Part shown: positions 13,845-26,857 of the stretch, in pieces
Layout: each line of letters starts with the position of its first letter
How positions within the stretch are numbered: position 1 is the first letter of the stretch
Origin: Podarcis bocagei
Taxonomy: Eukaryota
Assembly: GCA_964188305.1 (NCBI GenBank)
Contig: OZ076885.1
DNA length: 64,000 nt
Reading direction: 5' to 3' (one strand)
Notes under the pieces: model-generated
Database searches by the model: none
Told to the model about the DNA's origin: nothing
What the model saw: only the letters and a program-made list of their open reading frames with translations
Program-made: the position numbers and the translations under genes

Positions 13845-14268
13845 CTGTACTCTTCCATGTATAAGATGAGGTTTTTTATTGAAAAATTATGTTAGAAATT
13901 GGGGGTTGTCTTATACACAGATAGTGCATAGGGGGAACGTGGGATTGGTTGCTGCCGCAAGCCAGAGATTGTCAGCGGCTATTGGGCGTGTTGTTGTTGG
14001 CTGTGGCAAGAGCTGGTGTTGATTTGCTGTTGCTGCAGCAGTTGGGCAGGCGATTGTCTGCTTCTGCTGGCGAGGGGACAGATGATAGGTGGCTTTTGTG
14101 ACGCGTGTGCGTGGCAGTGTAGGTCAGGTGGGTGAGTGATTGTCAGCATTCCCCCCTAAAAAAAAGCTCAACAACTCTGGGCAATCTCCCCCCATTTTCT
14201 TAGTTTGGAGCCCCCCAAAATAGGGGGCGTCTTATACACGGGGACATGTTATACACAGAAAAATAGGT
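13845..14268. mobile_element. Older, diverged Tc2-like MITE
   Basis: Degenerate termini CTGTACTCTTCCATGTATAAGA / GTCTTATACACGG..TTATACACAGAAAAATAGG, similar in layout to the MITEs at 10362 and 50401. Confidence 0.55.
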
Positions 14269-15016
14269 TAATTTGCATGTAGTTAGTCTTCCTCTCTTGT
14301 GGATAAAGCATGCAATATCCATTCTTATTAAATTCTGATGCTGAACTATTATTAGAGTAGTTTTGTGCATTGGTGAACACTTTCTCCATGATTAGATGAA
14401 CTAGATATTAAAGGAAACACATGATTACTGCTAAAAACAGCAACCCCTGTCCTAATAGTTCAATTTATAATTTATTTTCCACTTTAGCACAGTAGTCTGT
14501 GCCCAAAGCAGCACACAGTAAACATCAGCTTACTGTGTTAATTGTGTTTTATTTTGATAAAACACAATTTTGTTTTTAAAACATCAATTTATTGCATTGT
14601 AGTGAAGTTTTCCCCATCCCATGATGCTTCAGTGGCTTCTGTTTCTAGACAGTATTACTGTGCATTATTCCAACAACAGAAGCTTGAGAGATGATGTCTG
14701 AACTGTACACATGAAATAAGTAGCAACCGTGCAGTTGTTGTACTGAAAAGCCAAGTCCTTAAGCTTTGTATGGGAGCCACTATCTTCACTGTCTTCCTTT
14801 CTGATCACACAGCTTGAGGATTTCAAGTCCATATTCTTAGTAAAGAGATTCAGGCCATAAAAAGTTGAATAGTACCACATGTTTGTTAGTGATGGTGTAG
14901 CAGTTCAGCAAGAAAAGGGAATCAGACTTTTTATCATGTGCATGTAACCTCCACCTTTTCTCATGGGGCACTGTTCTCTGTTTGGGGGTACTGAGGATTA
15001 CAAACATCTTCTAGAG

Positions 15017-15419
15017 CAGGGGTGTCTAACTCAAATTCATCGGGGGCCGCATCAGCAGTTTGGTCACCCTCAAAGGGCCAGTTGTATCTGTAGGACTTAC
15101 AGTACAGGAGAGAAGGGTTCAGGCAGCCGTTGGATCTGTCACATCACAGGATGGCATGCGCTCAATATAAAAACAAGTGGGGGTTTCCTGAATGCATGTA
15201 AAGTGGAGGTTTCCTGTGTAGAACGGCCGGCGCCGCTAGAGGGCAGACATTCTCTGGCTTGTAGGCTGCCGCGCATGCGCTGAAGAGGCGGCTTTCTTGT
15301 GTCAAAAAAAAAAACAAGAATAAAAGGTGAAGGCTGGCGGCCGGTGGCAGCTACATGGGCCACATGGCGAGGTCTGGCGGGCCGGATTCGGCCCGCGGGC
15401 CTTGTGTTTGACACCCGTG
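15017..15419. mobile_element. hAT-Charlie-like MITE
   Basis: TIRs CAGGGGTGTCTAAC / GTTTGACACCCGTG; perfect 8-bp TSD TTCTAGAG (15009-15016, 15420-15427); subterminal GGCCCGCGGGCC. Confidence 0.9.
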
Positions 15420-16849
15420 TTCTAGAGGGTATTGATGGCTGCACCTTTACATGTAATGTTTTTCCTGCACAGAAACTAGTATTGGTATAGAGCAAAATAT
15501 ATACACATGTGTCTTATGTATACAGTTTATTCATTTTCTTATTACTACAAACTCTTGTGTGTGCATTGGCTTATCCCTGTGAAGGTAAAAATGTATGTAA
15601 AGTAGTCTTGTGCTATTGATATGATTATTTCTCTTCTACTCCTATGTCTGATCCAGGATGCTGGAGGAAGCAAGAGCATATGTCTAGTAGATACTAATCC
15701 TTCAGCTTTGTCAATCACTATGCCCTCAGTCATATTCTTACCATATGGCTGTATCTTATTGGGAGTTAAGTTTACTTATGGATTCCAATTCTGATCTCAA
15801 AGATCCCTATCCCCGTGTTTTTATCGTTGCTCCGACTTCAAAATCATCCTCATGCCTCTGTAACATTATTTTGACATGCCTACTGCCCTTTCTCCAAGTG
15901 GCTCTAGTAATATTTTCAGAACTGTCTAGAAGACAAGTAGAGGCACTGCAATAACCCATGTGTGGCTTCATAACAAGGGACAGTTTCCCTTTTGTTTCTG
16001 AAAAGAATATTTTTAAGGATTGACTGTATTCCAGAAAACCAAGTTTGAAGATTAGGTCTTCTGACCCTCCTGATAACCACAGCTGCAGATATCACAGTAT
16101 ATTGGTCTCTTATCCAAGGAATGTTCTGGGGAAGGAGTAAACAAATACAGTGCCTGAACTTCAAAGAGCATTTCCTGATGGAAAACACGTTCAGAACAAA
16201 ATAGAAACATATTACAGAAATGTGGAGTACTTTGCTTTTTTCAAATAGAATAGCCATGTGACTATTTCGTAATGTATATTGGATTTGTGATTATTGCTCG
16301 TCTGGACGATGGCTGGGCATTTTTGCTGTTGTAGCACACGGAGTGGAATGGACATGGTGACTTTCCTGTCCCTTTTTAGTTGCATGGTTTTGTTTTCCTG
16401 CTCAGCCCAATCTTGTTCATGTTTCTTAGAAGAAAGTTCCACTGTGTTCAGTATGACTGTAAGATTATGTAAACTTTCCTTGGAATGTGATGGAAAGTAT
16501 GGAAATGTCTGAAAAGTAGCATCACTCCTGTGTAGTGAAGCCATCAAATGCCTGCTTTACTATCCTGCCAGCTGTAAATAAATGCATACTGGATTTGCTG
16601 CATGATCAGAATTTGTTTTCAAATCCTACTTGTGAATTCTGGCTCAAAACCCTCTTTTGTGTACAGAAACCTTCAGTGTTAGTTTCTTCATCATAAGTAT
16701 GAAGCCAAGCTAACTGAAACTGCAAAACTTGAAAAATTCTAGCTGTAGTAGAAGAATCTCCTGCAATATCCAGAACCATCAGTTTCATCTTCCCTTAGGT
16801 GCTAGAGGGCACTTTCATTTGAACAAAGGTAAATAGGTGGTTTTCAGGA

Positions 16850-17802
16850 ATCTACATGAAACCGCTGGGACAGATCATCAGGAGTTTTGGGGCTGGGTGT
16901 TCACCAATATGCGGATGATACCCAGCTGTACCTCTTGTTTAAATCAGAACCCATGAAGGTGGTGAATGTCTTCTGTGAGCGTCTAGAGGCATTTGTAGGG
17001 TGGATGGCAGTCAATGGATTGAGGTTGAATCCCGACAAGACAGAAGTACTGTTTCTGAGGGATAGGTGGCGGGCAGGTGTGGGGGACTCCTTGGTCCTGA
17101 ATGAGGTTACTGTGTCCCTGAAGGAACAGGTACGCAACCTTGGGGTCATTTTGGACTTACAGCTGTCCATGGAAGTGAAGATCAATTCTGTGTCCAGGGT
17201 GACTGTCTACCAGCTCCATCTGGTATGCCAACTGAGACTCTACCTCCCTGTGCACTGTCTTGCCTGAGTGGTACATGATCTGGTTAACTCCTTACACCAC
17301 TGAAATGCACTCTGCACAGGGCTACTTTGAAGGTGACTCGGAAACTACAACTAATCCAGAATGCAGCTGCTACACTGGTGACTGGGAGCCGCCGCTGGGA
17401 CCATCTAATACTGGTTTTGAAAGATCTGCATTGGCTGCTAGTATGTTTCTGAGTGTTGGTGCAGACCTTTAAAGCCCTACATGGGCTTGGCCCTGTATAC
17501 ATGAAGGAGAGTCTCCACTCCCAGTGTTCAGCCTGGGCACTGAGATCCAGCTGTGAGGTCATTTTAGCAGTTCCCTCCCTGCAAGAAGTGAAGTTACAGG
17601 GAACCAGGCAGAGGGCACAGTGGCACCTGCCCTGTGGAACACCCACCCGTCAGATGTCAAATAGCTAAATAATTACACAACTACACATCAGAAAACGGTC
17701 CTGCATCAGGAAGCTTTTAATGTTTTATATCTCACTGTTTTAATATTATGTGGGAGACCACCCAGAATGGCTGGAGGAATCCGATTGGATGGGTGGGGTG
17801 TA

Positions 17803-17833
<31 letters not shown>
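16850..17833 (+). mobile_element. L2-type LINE, 5'-truncated and degraded
   Basis: RT motif QYADDTQLY and RLNPDKTE in ORF 16887-17267; collinear with the L2 at 23741; (AAT)n tail; frameshifts. Confidence 0.9.
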
Positions 17834-17834
<1 letters not shown>

Positions 17835-18526
17835 CCAACTTCTGCGCATTTTGCACAGGTAGTTGCACTCAGTGATATCATGCAATGATATACTAGAGTT
17901 CCTCTCAGATAGTCTTCCTGTAGAAAGGAAACAAGCTGCCTTTCTGAAGTGTACACGGACACTCTGAAAAGGTATGCTATGAGTTCAAAGGAAAGTTCAG
18001 AAACATTGATAAGTTTTTTTTAAAAAAAAAAATCTGCACTCCTCCTTTCTTATTGTGTTTGTTGAGTTGTCCATTGAGCAGATTTCTCCATGTTTTTATT
18101 CACAGCAGCATGGAAATAAAACTGATTTTTGAAGTAATATCTTTGTTTTAAGCAGAATTATTTCATATTGAATTTCAGTTAGAGTATGTGTCCTTTCCCT
18201 GGCTTAAAGTACCTAAATCTAATCTGAACAACTTTGTCTGCATTCATAATGCCTTAAAAACTCACTGACATTTTAGTAAACCCTGCTTTTTATGTAAAAG
18301 AATAAATCAGGACAAGAAAGTAATCTTAGGTTGTGCATTATAATTATGCCATTGTGGGTCTCTTTTGTAGTATTGTTCAGACGATGAACCTTTGGACTGT
18401 TGATTAAATTGCATGGACATTTATTTTCTATGACATTGTGAAATGCTCTTCTGCAGAGGAAGTACCTGCTTTTCTTCCTGTGTAGTTCCAAGCACATCTT
18501 CACATATAATGGGTGTGCTTAGTGTC

Positions 18527-18685
18527 ATAAGAACATAAGATGATCTTGCTGGATCAGGCCAATGGCCCATCTAGCCCAGTATCCTGTTCTCACAGTGGAT
18601 GACTAGATACCTGTGGGAAATCTGCAAGCACAAGAACACTCTCCCCTCCACAGTTTCTAGCAGCTGGTATTTGGAGACCATACTT
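18527..18685 (-). mobile_element. CR1 LINE 3' fragment
   Basis: CATAAGAACATAAGA...CTGGATCAGGCCAATGGCCCATCTAG is a typical CR1 3' end read on the minus strand. Confidence 0.6.
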
Positions 18686-18687
18686 GG

Positions 18688-19001
18688 TCTCCACCCCCAT
18701 CGTTCTACCCGGAAACTGAGGTCCAGCGCCGAGGGCCTTCTGGCGGTTCCCTCACTGCGAGAAGCAAAGTTACAGGGAACCAGGCAGAGGGCCTTCTCGG
18801 TAGTGGCGTCCACCCTGTGGAACGCCCTCCCACCAGATGTCAAAGAGAACAACAACTACCAGACTTTTAGAAGACATCTGAAAGCAGCCCTGTTTAGGGA
18901 AGCTTTTAATGTTTGATGTACCACAGTATTTTAATATTCTTTTGGAAGCCGCCCAGAGTGGCTGGGGAGACCCAGCCAGATGGGCGGGGTATAAATAATA
19001 A

Positions 19002-19068
<67 letters not shown>
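18688..19068 (+). mobile_element. L2-type LINE 3' fragment with a long (ATT)n tail
   Basis: Encodes LHPHRSTRKLRSSAEGLLAVP...FRRHLKAALFREAF, homologous to ORF 23767-24570; ends in about 22 ATT units. Confidence 0.9.
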
Positions 19069-19069
<1 letters not shown>

Positions 19070-19166
19070 TACTATATACTGCCTCTGATTGTGGAGGCAG
19101 AGCATAGCCACCAGGGCTGTGGGAGCGAATTCTATAGTTGTTTTATGTGCTGCACGAAGAAGTACT

Positions 19167-19167
19167 T

Positions 19168-19222
<55 letters not shown>

Positions 19223-19230
19223 GCGCGCGT
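19167..19230. repeat. Compound (CT)n(GT)n microsatellite
   Basis: Seen directly. Confidence 0.95.
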
Positions 19231-21255
19231 ACAGAGCCAAATAGAAATACTTACTTTCATAATTGCTTCCCTAAGCAGAAATAAATTCTGTGGCTCAAAG
19301 GCTATGAAGGTTGAATAAACAGGGGTCTGGGGCTATGCTCCTGGTATTGTAAAAGCTTACTTTTGTTGCAAACACAGATTTCATTTATTACAGCAACCAA
19401 TCAGTAACTACATGAATTAGAAAGTTGGAAACTTGCTTTTATCAATCACTTTCAATCCAGCCTTTTTCTTGGCGTTTTAATTTGGTTATAAAAATGATCC
19501 ATCCTGTATAGGGACAACCTAACATGCGAGTTGTACTTTCCAGCTGTGTTATTATTTGTGGTGTAGGAGCAATTTTCTGATCTTTTTAGAAAAATAATCC
19601 TTTTTTATGATTCACTTCTGAGTACTACTTAGCACTTCTTTTTTAGACTGATTCCTGCACTTCATTCTTGCTCTTATGGTAGACTTCTCAGGAGGAACTA
19701 TTGATAATATTTGGGAAGAGGGGAGAGAACATTGTTGCACTGAGCTAAGGTTATAGATGCAACTAGAAGTGTGTTTATAGGAAATACAGGGTCTAGTGCC
19801 TGTACTTTACCACTTCAAACTAAATGTGACTTGCATGTCAAAGGAGAGAGGTTCAGCCTATCCTTTTCCCTAATGTGCACTCCTCTCATGTGCAGAAGTA
19901 TGTGTCCATGGAAGAGCATTTGATCATGCAAGCACTTACCTGTAGTCTGAAGCCCAATCGGAAGCCTGCCGCCTCCATGAAAACTAGTCTTTCGTGTGTC
20001 CACAAAGGAGATTGCTCCCTTGTAGTATAATCTCAGCTTCTTTGCCCATAGCCCAAGATGGATGAGATGAAAAGAATTAATTTTATTCTGTCTCTTTATT
20101 TTAGAGGAATATAATAGGTTTAAGCTTTATTACAGAGAGTCAATTTAAAATTCATATTTTTTTAAACTCCTATTTTTGTCATTGTTGAAAATGCATTGCT
20201 TGTTTGCTAGATAATTAGCTTTTAACTTAGTGTGGTTTTTTATTTTTTTGAAGCTGCACTTGCATAGAAATCGAAATTCAATTAAAATGCTCAAAAGCAG
20301 CATTTTAAAATTTGTTGCTATTAAATAAAATTACATTAAATGTGTTGGATTGTACACAAATGAAAGGAGAAATGTTTCTGTTAAGCAGGAACTGACAGTA
20401 GTAATTAAGGGAAAAGCTTTTTCTGCACAAGGAAAAAATGCAGTCCAGGTACCTTGCAGATGGAAACATTTTAATATCATGGCATTTTGTTGTTTTTGAG
20501 AGAAAAAGCTAGGTGACTGATTTTCACTCATCTGTCTGGACTCAGGGGGCCACTCTTAAGGTGGTGATAGCCTACTTCCTCTCCCTGCCTAAACCATTTT
20601 TTGTTGTTCTTTTGCCCAGTTTGCCATAGCCTTATTTACAAACAGGGCTAGCTGTCTAAAAACCTCTATGCATTTCCAATTCCTGACTGACAGCAACCTT
20701 GCTGGACACTAGACTGAATATACGTACATTCTGAACACACAAGAATAGTATAGCCACAAGCTTGACAAAATCTATACCATTTGACCCTGTTCACTGTGAC
20801 CCAGAACAAGCACATTACATGTGACTCAAAGTTTTTCTGAATTAAAGCTTTCTCCTCTTTTAAAGTAGCTGCTATATTTCCGTTACTAAGCCGTGCTGGC
20901 TAGGCTACTGATGTTTGAAAACTGATCTCTGCTGCCTTGGAGTTTAAAAACTTGTTCTGCTAAAATAAAAAGCAGATCTTTATCCATGCTAAATTGATTA
21001 ATTTCATTAAACAGATCCATAGTCAAAATGCTTCTTCAGACAAATAGAGATACTAGAAGAAAACACCCAGCTGGGTGGTATTGTGCTTCTCAGAGAGGTT
21101 GTGGATGTACAAGAGGGAAATAGAAAAACACATTTTAATAAATAATATCTTCCTCCTGAAGAATATATCCAGTTCTGGAATGTTTTGGGACTTATTTTAT
21201 TAAACAATACAATAATTTCACAACTATTAGTTTTAATCTCTGTATTGTTTGTTTT

Positions 21256-21392
21256 CAGTGCTGTGTTTCTAGAAAAAGAGGTACCAGAACTCACCATGAA
21301 CCCCTCCCTTGTTCTCTTAGAATGGCAATGGCACCCACCTGAAAGGTGCCAGAACTGAGTTCCAGTGAGTTCCAGCTGGAAAAAAAGCCCTG
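21256..21392. mobile_element. Short hAT-like MITE
   Basis: Termini CAGTGCTGTGTTTC / GAAAAAAAGCCCTG; internal GAACTGAGTTC; related fragment near 11000-11050. Confidence 0.5.
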
Positions 21393-21945
21393 GTTTGTTT
21401 ATTTTTAAAATGTTTCAACATGAGCATTTGAATGTTCTCTGAGTACAGAAATATGCAAAGTTTGCTTTCTAGTATGTGAGAGCTTCTTGCTTAGTGGCAC
21501 TTGGGTCATCTTGATTCTTGAGTCTTGCTTCTATAGTAACTACATAGGTGAGGTTGCATACAGAACTGATGTAGAAGGCATTGATTTTTATTGGCATCTT
21601 TGGCAGTCTCATGTATGCTGCTTTGATTTACATGATTGAAGAAAGAAAAATATATAAGTGGAATAACAAGCATGTGTGTCAATGAATACCTCAGAATTCC
21701 ACTCTTCAGATAATTTTAGCTCTGAACTACTTATCCTGAAATAGATTTTTGTCACTTCATGTGCTTAAACATGACTGTTACAGGTATTTTGAGACGTGCA
21801 ACAAAGTTTGGTAGAAAATATTCTGTTCTCCCCTGGTTCAAAAAGTATTAAATTTGAACTGCAGAACGAATATTGGGGGCCAAAGTTGGATTTAATAGTA
21901 ATAAGTAACTCACACCATGCAGGGGGAAACACTTTCTAAAGGTAT

Positions 21946-22083
21946 ATCATAGAACTGTAGAGTTGGGAGGGACCACAAAGGTCATCTAGTTCAACCCCCT
22001 GCAATGCAGGAATCTTTTGCCCAACGTGAGGCTCGAACCCACAACCCTGAGATTAAGAGTCTCATGCTCTACAGACTGAGCTA
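21946..22083 (-). mobile_element. tRNA-Lys(CUU)-headed SINE with a CR1 3' tail
   Basis: Minus strand TAGCTCAGTCTGTAGAGCATGAGACTCTTAATCTCAGGGTTGTGGGTTCGAGCCTCACGTTGGGC is close to vertebrate tRNA-Lys(CTT) but lacks the 5' acceptor strand; it is fused to a CR1 tail ending TTCTATGAT. Confidence 0.8.
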
Positions 22084-23740
22084 TATGATTTAGTTTGTTG
22101 TCTTTCTGTAAGGTGCATAAATTGTTTGCCATATGTGATACATATGTTTTCTGCATAAACACGCAGTTACAGTATCTGCATCCCCTCTAACTACATAAAC
22201 CACAACAGGAAGGGGTTGTCAGGTGCCTGAGCCGGCACTGTGCCCCAAGAGTCTGACTGCATTCATTCAAATTCATACCTGACCCTTTAATCTAGTTATC
22301 AGGGCAGTTTGCATAAAATAAAGTACAAAAAAATTAAAACATGCACAGAGTAAAGCTGAAAGCAGATCTGTAAAGCAGCACAAGAAAAAAGTTGTAAGTC
22401 TGAAGCTACCTGGCAAATCTGTCTTTGGAGCTTTCCAGAGCTGGGGTGCTACCACTTCAAAACCCATTCTCTATCAACCCACTATACTGCAGATGGTGGA
22501 GGAACTCTGAGAAGTCCCAAACTTTAAACGACAACATCAACATCTTGATTGGGGTCTAGAAACCTGCAATTGTGTGGTAGAAGATCCTGAATTTGCTGCA
22601 GGGGGAGATAAGCAAGTTTGAGATAGTGTGGAGCTCCACAGTCCAGCTGCTTTCCTGCTCTTGTGTACATGAGCTTCCTCAAGTCTCTTACTTTTTTGTA
22701 GGGTGGAAAAAAATGAGAAGCATATAAGCTATACCTATATGACATAATGCTTATGTGATAAGATAGTCAAGAAACAAAGTGGCGGTGTCTTGTTGAGAAT
22801 ACTATGCACCCATGTCTCTTGGTTTAAATTGTGGATTTTTACATTTTTAGATTAGCTGCTTCCAATTCACTGTTCTCTAGATCTTGGGTAGAAATTGCCA
22901 CTATAGAATGGGCTATGTTGCCTTCCCTGAAGTCGTTAGGTAATGCCTCAAGTTGAAAAAAGAAGCCAATCTCAAAGATTCCAGTATTTTCTTCCTGTTG
23001 TATTTGTTTGTTTTTAAATAGTACTGGCTTTGTTCAGAATCTGAGTTATGGAGAAATAAAAGTCCAAACCGGCAAGTAGAGTCAATGAACAATAAGCACA
23101 CAAAATATCATTAAGAATAACTGTTTGTGGTCTTTATTTAGCATCTTATGTTCTCATGCAGATAGGTCCTTAACTTTGAATGTAGGAGCAATAGAAATTT
23201 AACTCCCTTTCTTTGATGTTGGCTATTTCAAACTATGAGTAGTACTTGTGGGGTGGAGGCTGTGGTCTTAAATACAGTACTATGCCTATACATGGTCCCT
23301 AGCAATGCCAGGACCCAAGTTCCATTTAGTTTTCCTACCTGGATGCTTTTCAAACAGGCAGAGCAGACAGGCACAGCAGCCAGGACAACCATGGAGCAGG
23401 CAAGCTGTTTTGTTGTCATCTGGTCCAAGCTCTACATTTGTTTCTACACTGCCATTTTGTCTGCCATTTGCTTGGCTGGAGAGATGTCCCAGGCATATTG
23501 TAACTGAATACACCCCCCAATTCTGACATCTGCTGGCTGGGAAGCCTTTTAGCCAGGCCAACATGGGTGGCATCTCTCCAAAGGGAGGAGTTGCCTTTTG
23601 GAAACTGCTTTAAGTGTGCCACAAGGCCAAGTGTGCCACAAGGCCAAGTGTCATCCTAATGTTTGGAGGATAGGTAGGATCTTAAGGGTGTGGTTGTGGC
23701 AGGTTTTGTGCAGCCTAGGATAATTTGTAGACATTTGGCC

Positions 23741-24679
23741 TCTACCTCTCTTTTAAATCAGAACCAGTGAAGGCGGTGAAGGTCCTGTGTGAGTGTCTGG
23801 AGGCGGTTGGAGGATGGATGGCGGCTAACAGATTGAGGTTGAATCCTGACAAGACAGAAGTACTGTTTTTGGGGGACAGGAGGCGGGCAGGTGTGGAGGA
23901 TTCCCTGGTCCTGAATGGGGTAACTGTGCCCCTGAAGGACCAGGTGCGCAGCCTAGGAGTCATTTTGGACTCACAGCTGTCCATGGAGGCACAGGTCAAA
24001 TCTGTGTCCAGGGCAGCTGTTTACCAGCTCCATCTGGTACGTAGGCTGAGACCCTATCTGCCTGCGGACTGTCTCGCCAGAGTGGTGCATGCTCTGGTTA
24101 TCTCCCGCTTGGACTACTGCAATGCGCTCTACGTGGGGCTACCTTTGAAGGTGACGCGGAAACTACAACTAATCCAGAATGCGGCAGCTAGACTGGTGAC
24201 TGGGAGCGGCCGCCGAGACCATATAACACCGGTCTTGAAAGACCTGCATTGGCTCCCAGTACGTTTCCGAGCACAATTCAAAGTGTTGGTGCTGACCTTT
24301 AAAGCCCTAAACGGCCTCGGTCCAGTATACCTGAAGGAGCGTCTCCACCCCCATCAGTCTGCCCGGACGCTGAGGTCCAGCGCCGAGGGCCTTCTGGCGG
24401 TTCCCTCACTGCGAGAAGCAAAGCTACAGGGAACCAGGCAGAGGGCCTTCTCAGTAGTGGCGCCCGCCCTGTGGAACGCCCTTCCAGCAGATGTCAAAGC
24501 GATAAACAACTACCTGACATTCAGGAGACATCTTAAGGCAGCCCTGTTCAGGGAAGTTTTTAACGTGTGATATTTTACTGTATTTTTGGTTTTTATGGAA
24601 GCCGCCCAGAGTGGCTGGGGAGGCCCAGCCAGATGGGCGGGGTATAAATAATAAATTATTATTATTATTATTATTATTT
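23741..24679 (+). mobile_element. Young 5'-truncated L2-type LINE with an open ORF2 C-terminus (23767-24570)
   Basis: 267 uninterrupted codons with the L2 motifs LNPDKTE, SRLDYCN, LHWLPV; CpGs retained; (ATT)n tail. Confidence 0.92.
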
Positions 24680-24978
24680 AGGTGTTTTCTTCCTTCTTGG
24701 GATTCTGATTCTGATTTAATTTAGTTTTAATAAACATACAAGAATGAGGGAGATTGAATAGTTTCTACTTCACATCATTTTTGTCCATTTGGCAAAGGAA
24801 TTTGAACTCCTTTCTGGTTTAGCACAGACTGTAATAGAGCTTTTCCTTGATATATTAAACTTACTTCTCTCTTTTTTCTGACTTGCCATAATTTCTTTAA
24901 AAATATTTGTTTGCCAGTCTGAATGCATTTTTTGTTAACTGTACTATCTGCTGATTCCTCCTTGTTTCTTTTTTGTAG

Positions 24979-25020
24979 GGGGGAAACAGAGCTGAAGAGA
25001 ACACTTGTTTTCCAAAACTG
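24979..25020 (+). other. PHF21A: Probable PHF21A 5'-UTR exon
   Basis: Strong polypyrimidine tract + TAG acceptor, GTAAG donor; GGGGG..AGAGCTGAAG..TTTCCAAAA resembles the mammalian PHF21A UTR exon as recalled. Confidence 0.65.
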
Positions 25021-26011
25021 GTAAGCTATTTTCTTTCTCCCCTCCCCCTTCTTTGGTTATGTTGAACTTATAGTCAGAATAAACGTTTTGTTTAGTGAAA
25101 TCCCTAAAATAAGCAATGAAGATTTATTGTGTAAAATGTTCATTTCTTATTCTAGTGTTTTAGATAAGGGACTTGAAGCACTTTCTGTCACATTCATGTC
25201 AAACTTGACCAAATAAATCAAAACATGATAGGTACAATGTTCATTATTACAGTCGACTTGCAACTTGTGTGCATTTAACCAGCATGTAGTTACACAAATT
25301 GAGCACATGCTTCCAGGGCCCTGGGAAGTTCTCACGCAGGCTTTGTGAGGTTCCTGCAAAATATTGTGGGAGCTTCCCAGAGCCAGTGCAAGAGCCTTCA
25401 AAGCCTTGTGGAGTGTTTGTGTGTGTGGTAAGGCCCGCTTAGTGTGACGGCTCCAGAAAGGTTTTGTGGGGGTGGTTCCTGGGTTGTTCTGGCTATATGC
25501 AATTTTGGCTCCATGTACAATCCCCAGAACCTAACCCCACTCAAGTTTCAAGTCAACTGTATAGTTTTGTTTTGTTTTTAGTTAACTGATTTGTATGACC
25601 TGCTGAGCATTTTGATTTTGAAAGTCGTTCTAACTGCCTTATAAATTAGATGTAAGAAGAGCTGTTCCTGTTAATCTACTCATTCAATGCCATTTTATTT
25701 GCACGAAGTACACTAATATTAATATACATCTGCCTAATTGCTGCTTGTGAATGTATATATTGCCTGTTCTCATTTGTGTAATTTAATAAATCACTGTGAA
25801 ATTAAGTTGCTTGGTCAAAGTTGCTTCGGAATTAACATGTAGTTCTTAGCTCTTGAGCTTTTTAACACAGATATGCTGCAAGGGGATCCACTGTGTTGGG
25901 CACGTGCCCTCCATTACAAAGCCTTGAGATAAAAGACAAGAATCTTGTATAATATATGACAAGTTGATGTCCCCACCCCCTTTCCTGATAAAAGTAACAT
26001 ATATTTTGCAG

Positions 26012-26115
26012 CTGCAGCGTAAAGAACAGAATATTTCCTTTACTCTGAAGCAAGTGTCTGAAGGTGGTGGGGATTTAGTAACCTCAACAGCTCAAGAAAG
26101 TGGAGAAGGTAGAGA
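26012..26115 (+). other. PHF21A: 5'-UTR part of the first coding exon of PHF21A
   Basis: TTTTGCAG acceptor at 26004-26011, leading to GAAAGTGGAGAAGGTAGAGA-ATG. Confidence 0.6.
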
Positions 26116-26169
26116 ATGGAGTTGCAGACTCTACAGGAGGCTCTGAAAGTGGAAATTCAGGTTCACCAG
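26116..26169 (+). CDS. PHF21A: PHD finger protein 21A (BHC80), coding exon 1: MELQTLQEALKVEIQVHQ
   Basis: Translation matches the recalled PHF21A N-terminus; 54 nt, phase-0 CAG|GTAAAT donor. Confidence 0.95.
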
Positions 26170-26857
26170 GTAAATTGCATTCTCTGCCCTGTGTATCTTA
26201 CTTGAAATAGTAAAAGGGGTTGTTCGACTTCAGAAGTTCAGACCAAATACTAATAGTTGCTTGATTCTTAAGTTCTGGTGTGCTTGTAAGTATCATGCTA
26301 TAGTGCAAATTTTATCTGTTTTAATTTATTGACTTCATAGCCCGTCATATATTGTGAGCTCAAAGTGGTTTTCATCTGCTTTCCCCAGACACGACACAAA
26401 TACTTCTGTCCCCACGGTGCTTATAGTTGGAATAATTTGGATAATTAAAAGCTTAGGGTATAAGAGAGCTAGAAGAAATTAAAAATTACAATTCATAAAG
26501 ATAAAAAAGTGATTAAAGGGCTTAGTTGTATTTGTTGTCCCAATATTTTCTAGTCTCTCTAACTCATAGTTTTCTCTATTAGCTGAACTCACAATCCAAG
26601 TTTTCCCAAAGTTTGAGAAACAGAGCAAGCATACAACAAACGGGCCCTTTGGAGTAGCAGCAACAGGTCTTACAATCTTTCTCCTCCCTTTCAGCTCATA
26701 AATTGCAACTATTGAATCTGAATTTATCATCTCCAATCCTTATACAACATTAAAAAGAAATGTGGACTATATTGACTTCATTTCGTTTATGAATTGTTTT
26801 CCATGAACAACACCCTGAAGAACAGAAACTTCACTTACAAATATCAACTTTACAAAC

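Noticed and set aside
18770-19318. Poly-I/L, HT and CV ORFs
   Set aside because: Translations of microsatellites.
22018-22083. Functional tRNA-Lys gene
   Set aside because: It lacks the 5' acceptor stem strand and is fused to a CR1 tail, so it is a SINE.
2262-23652. Short local duplications (about 2262-2302, 5628-5680, 23613-23652)
   Set aside because: Ordinary 17-24 bp slippage duplications with no sign of function.
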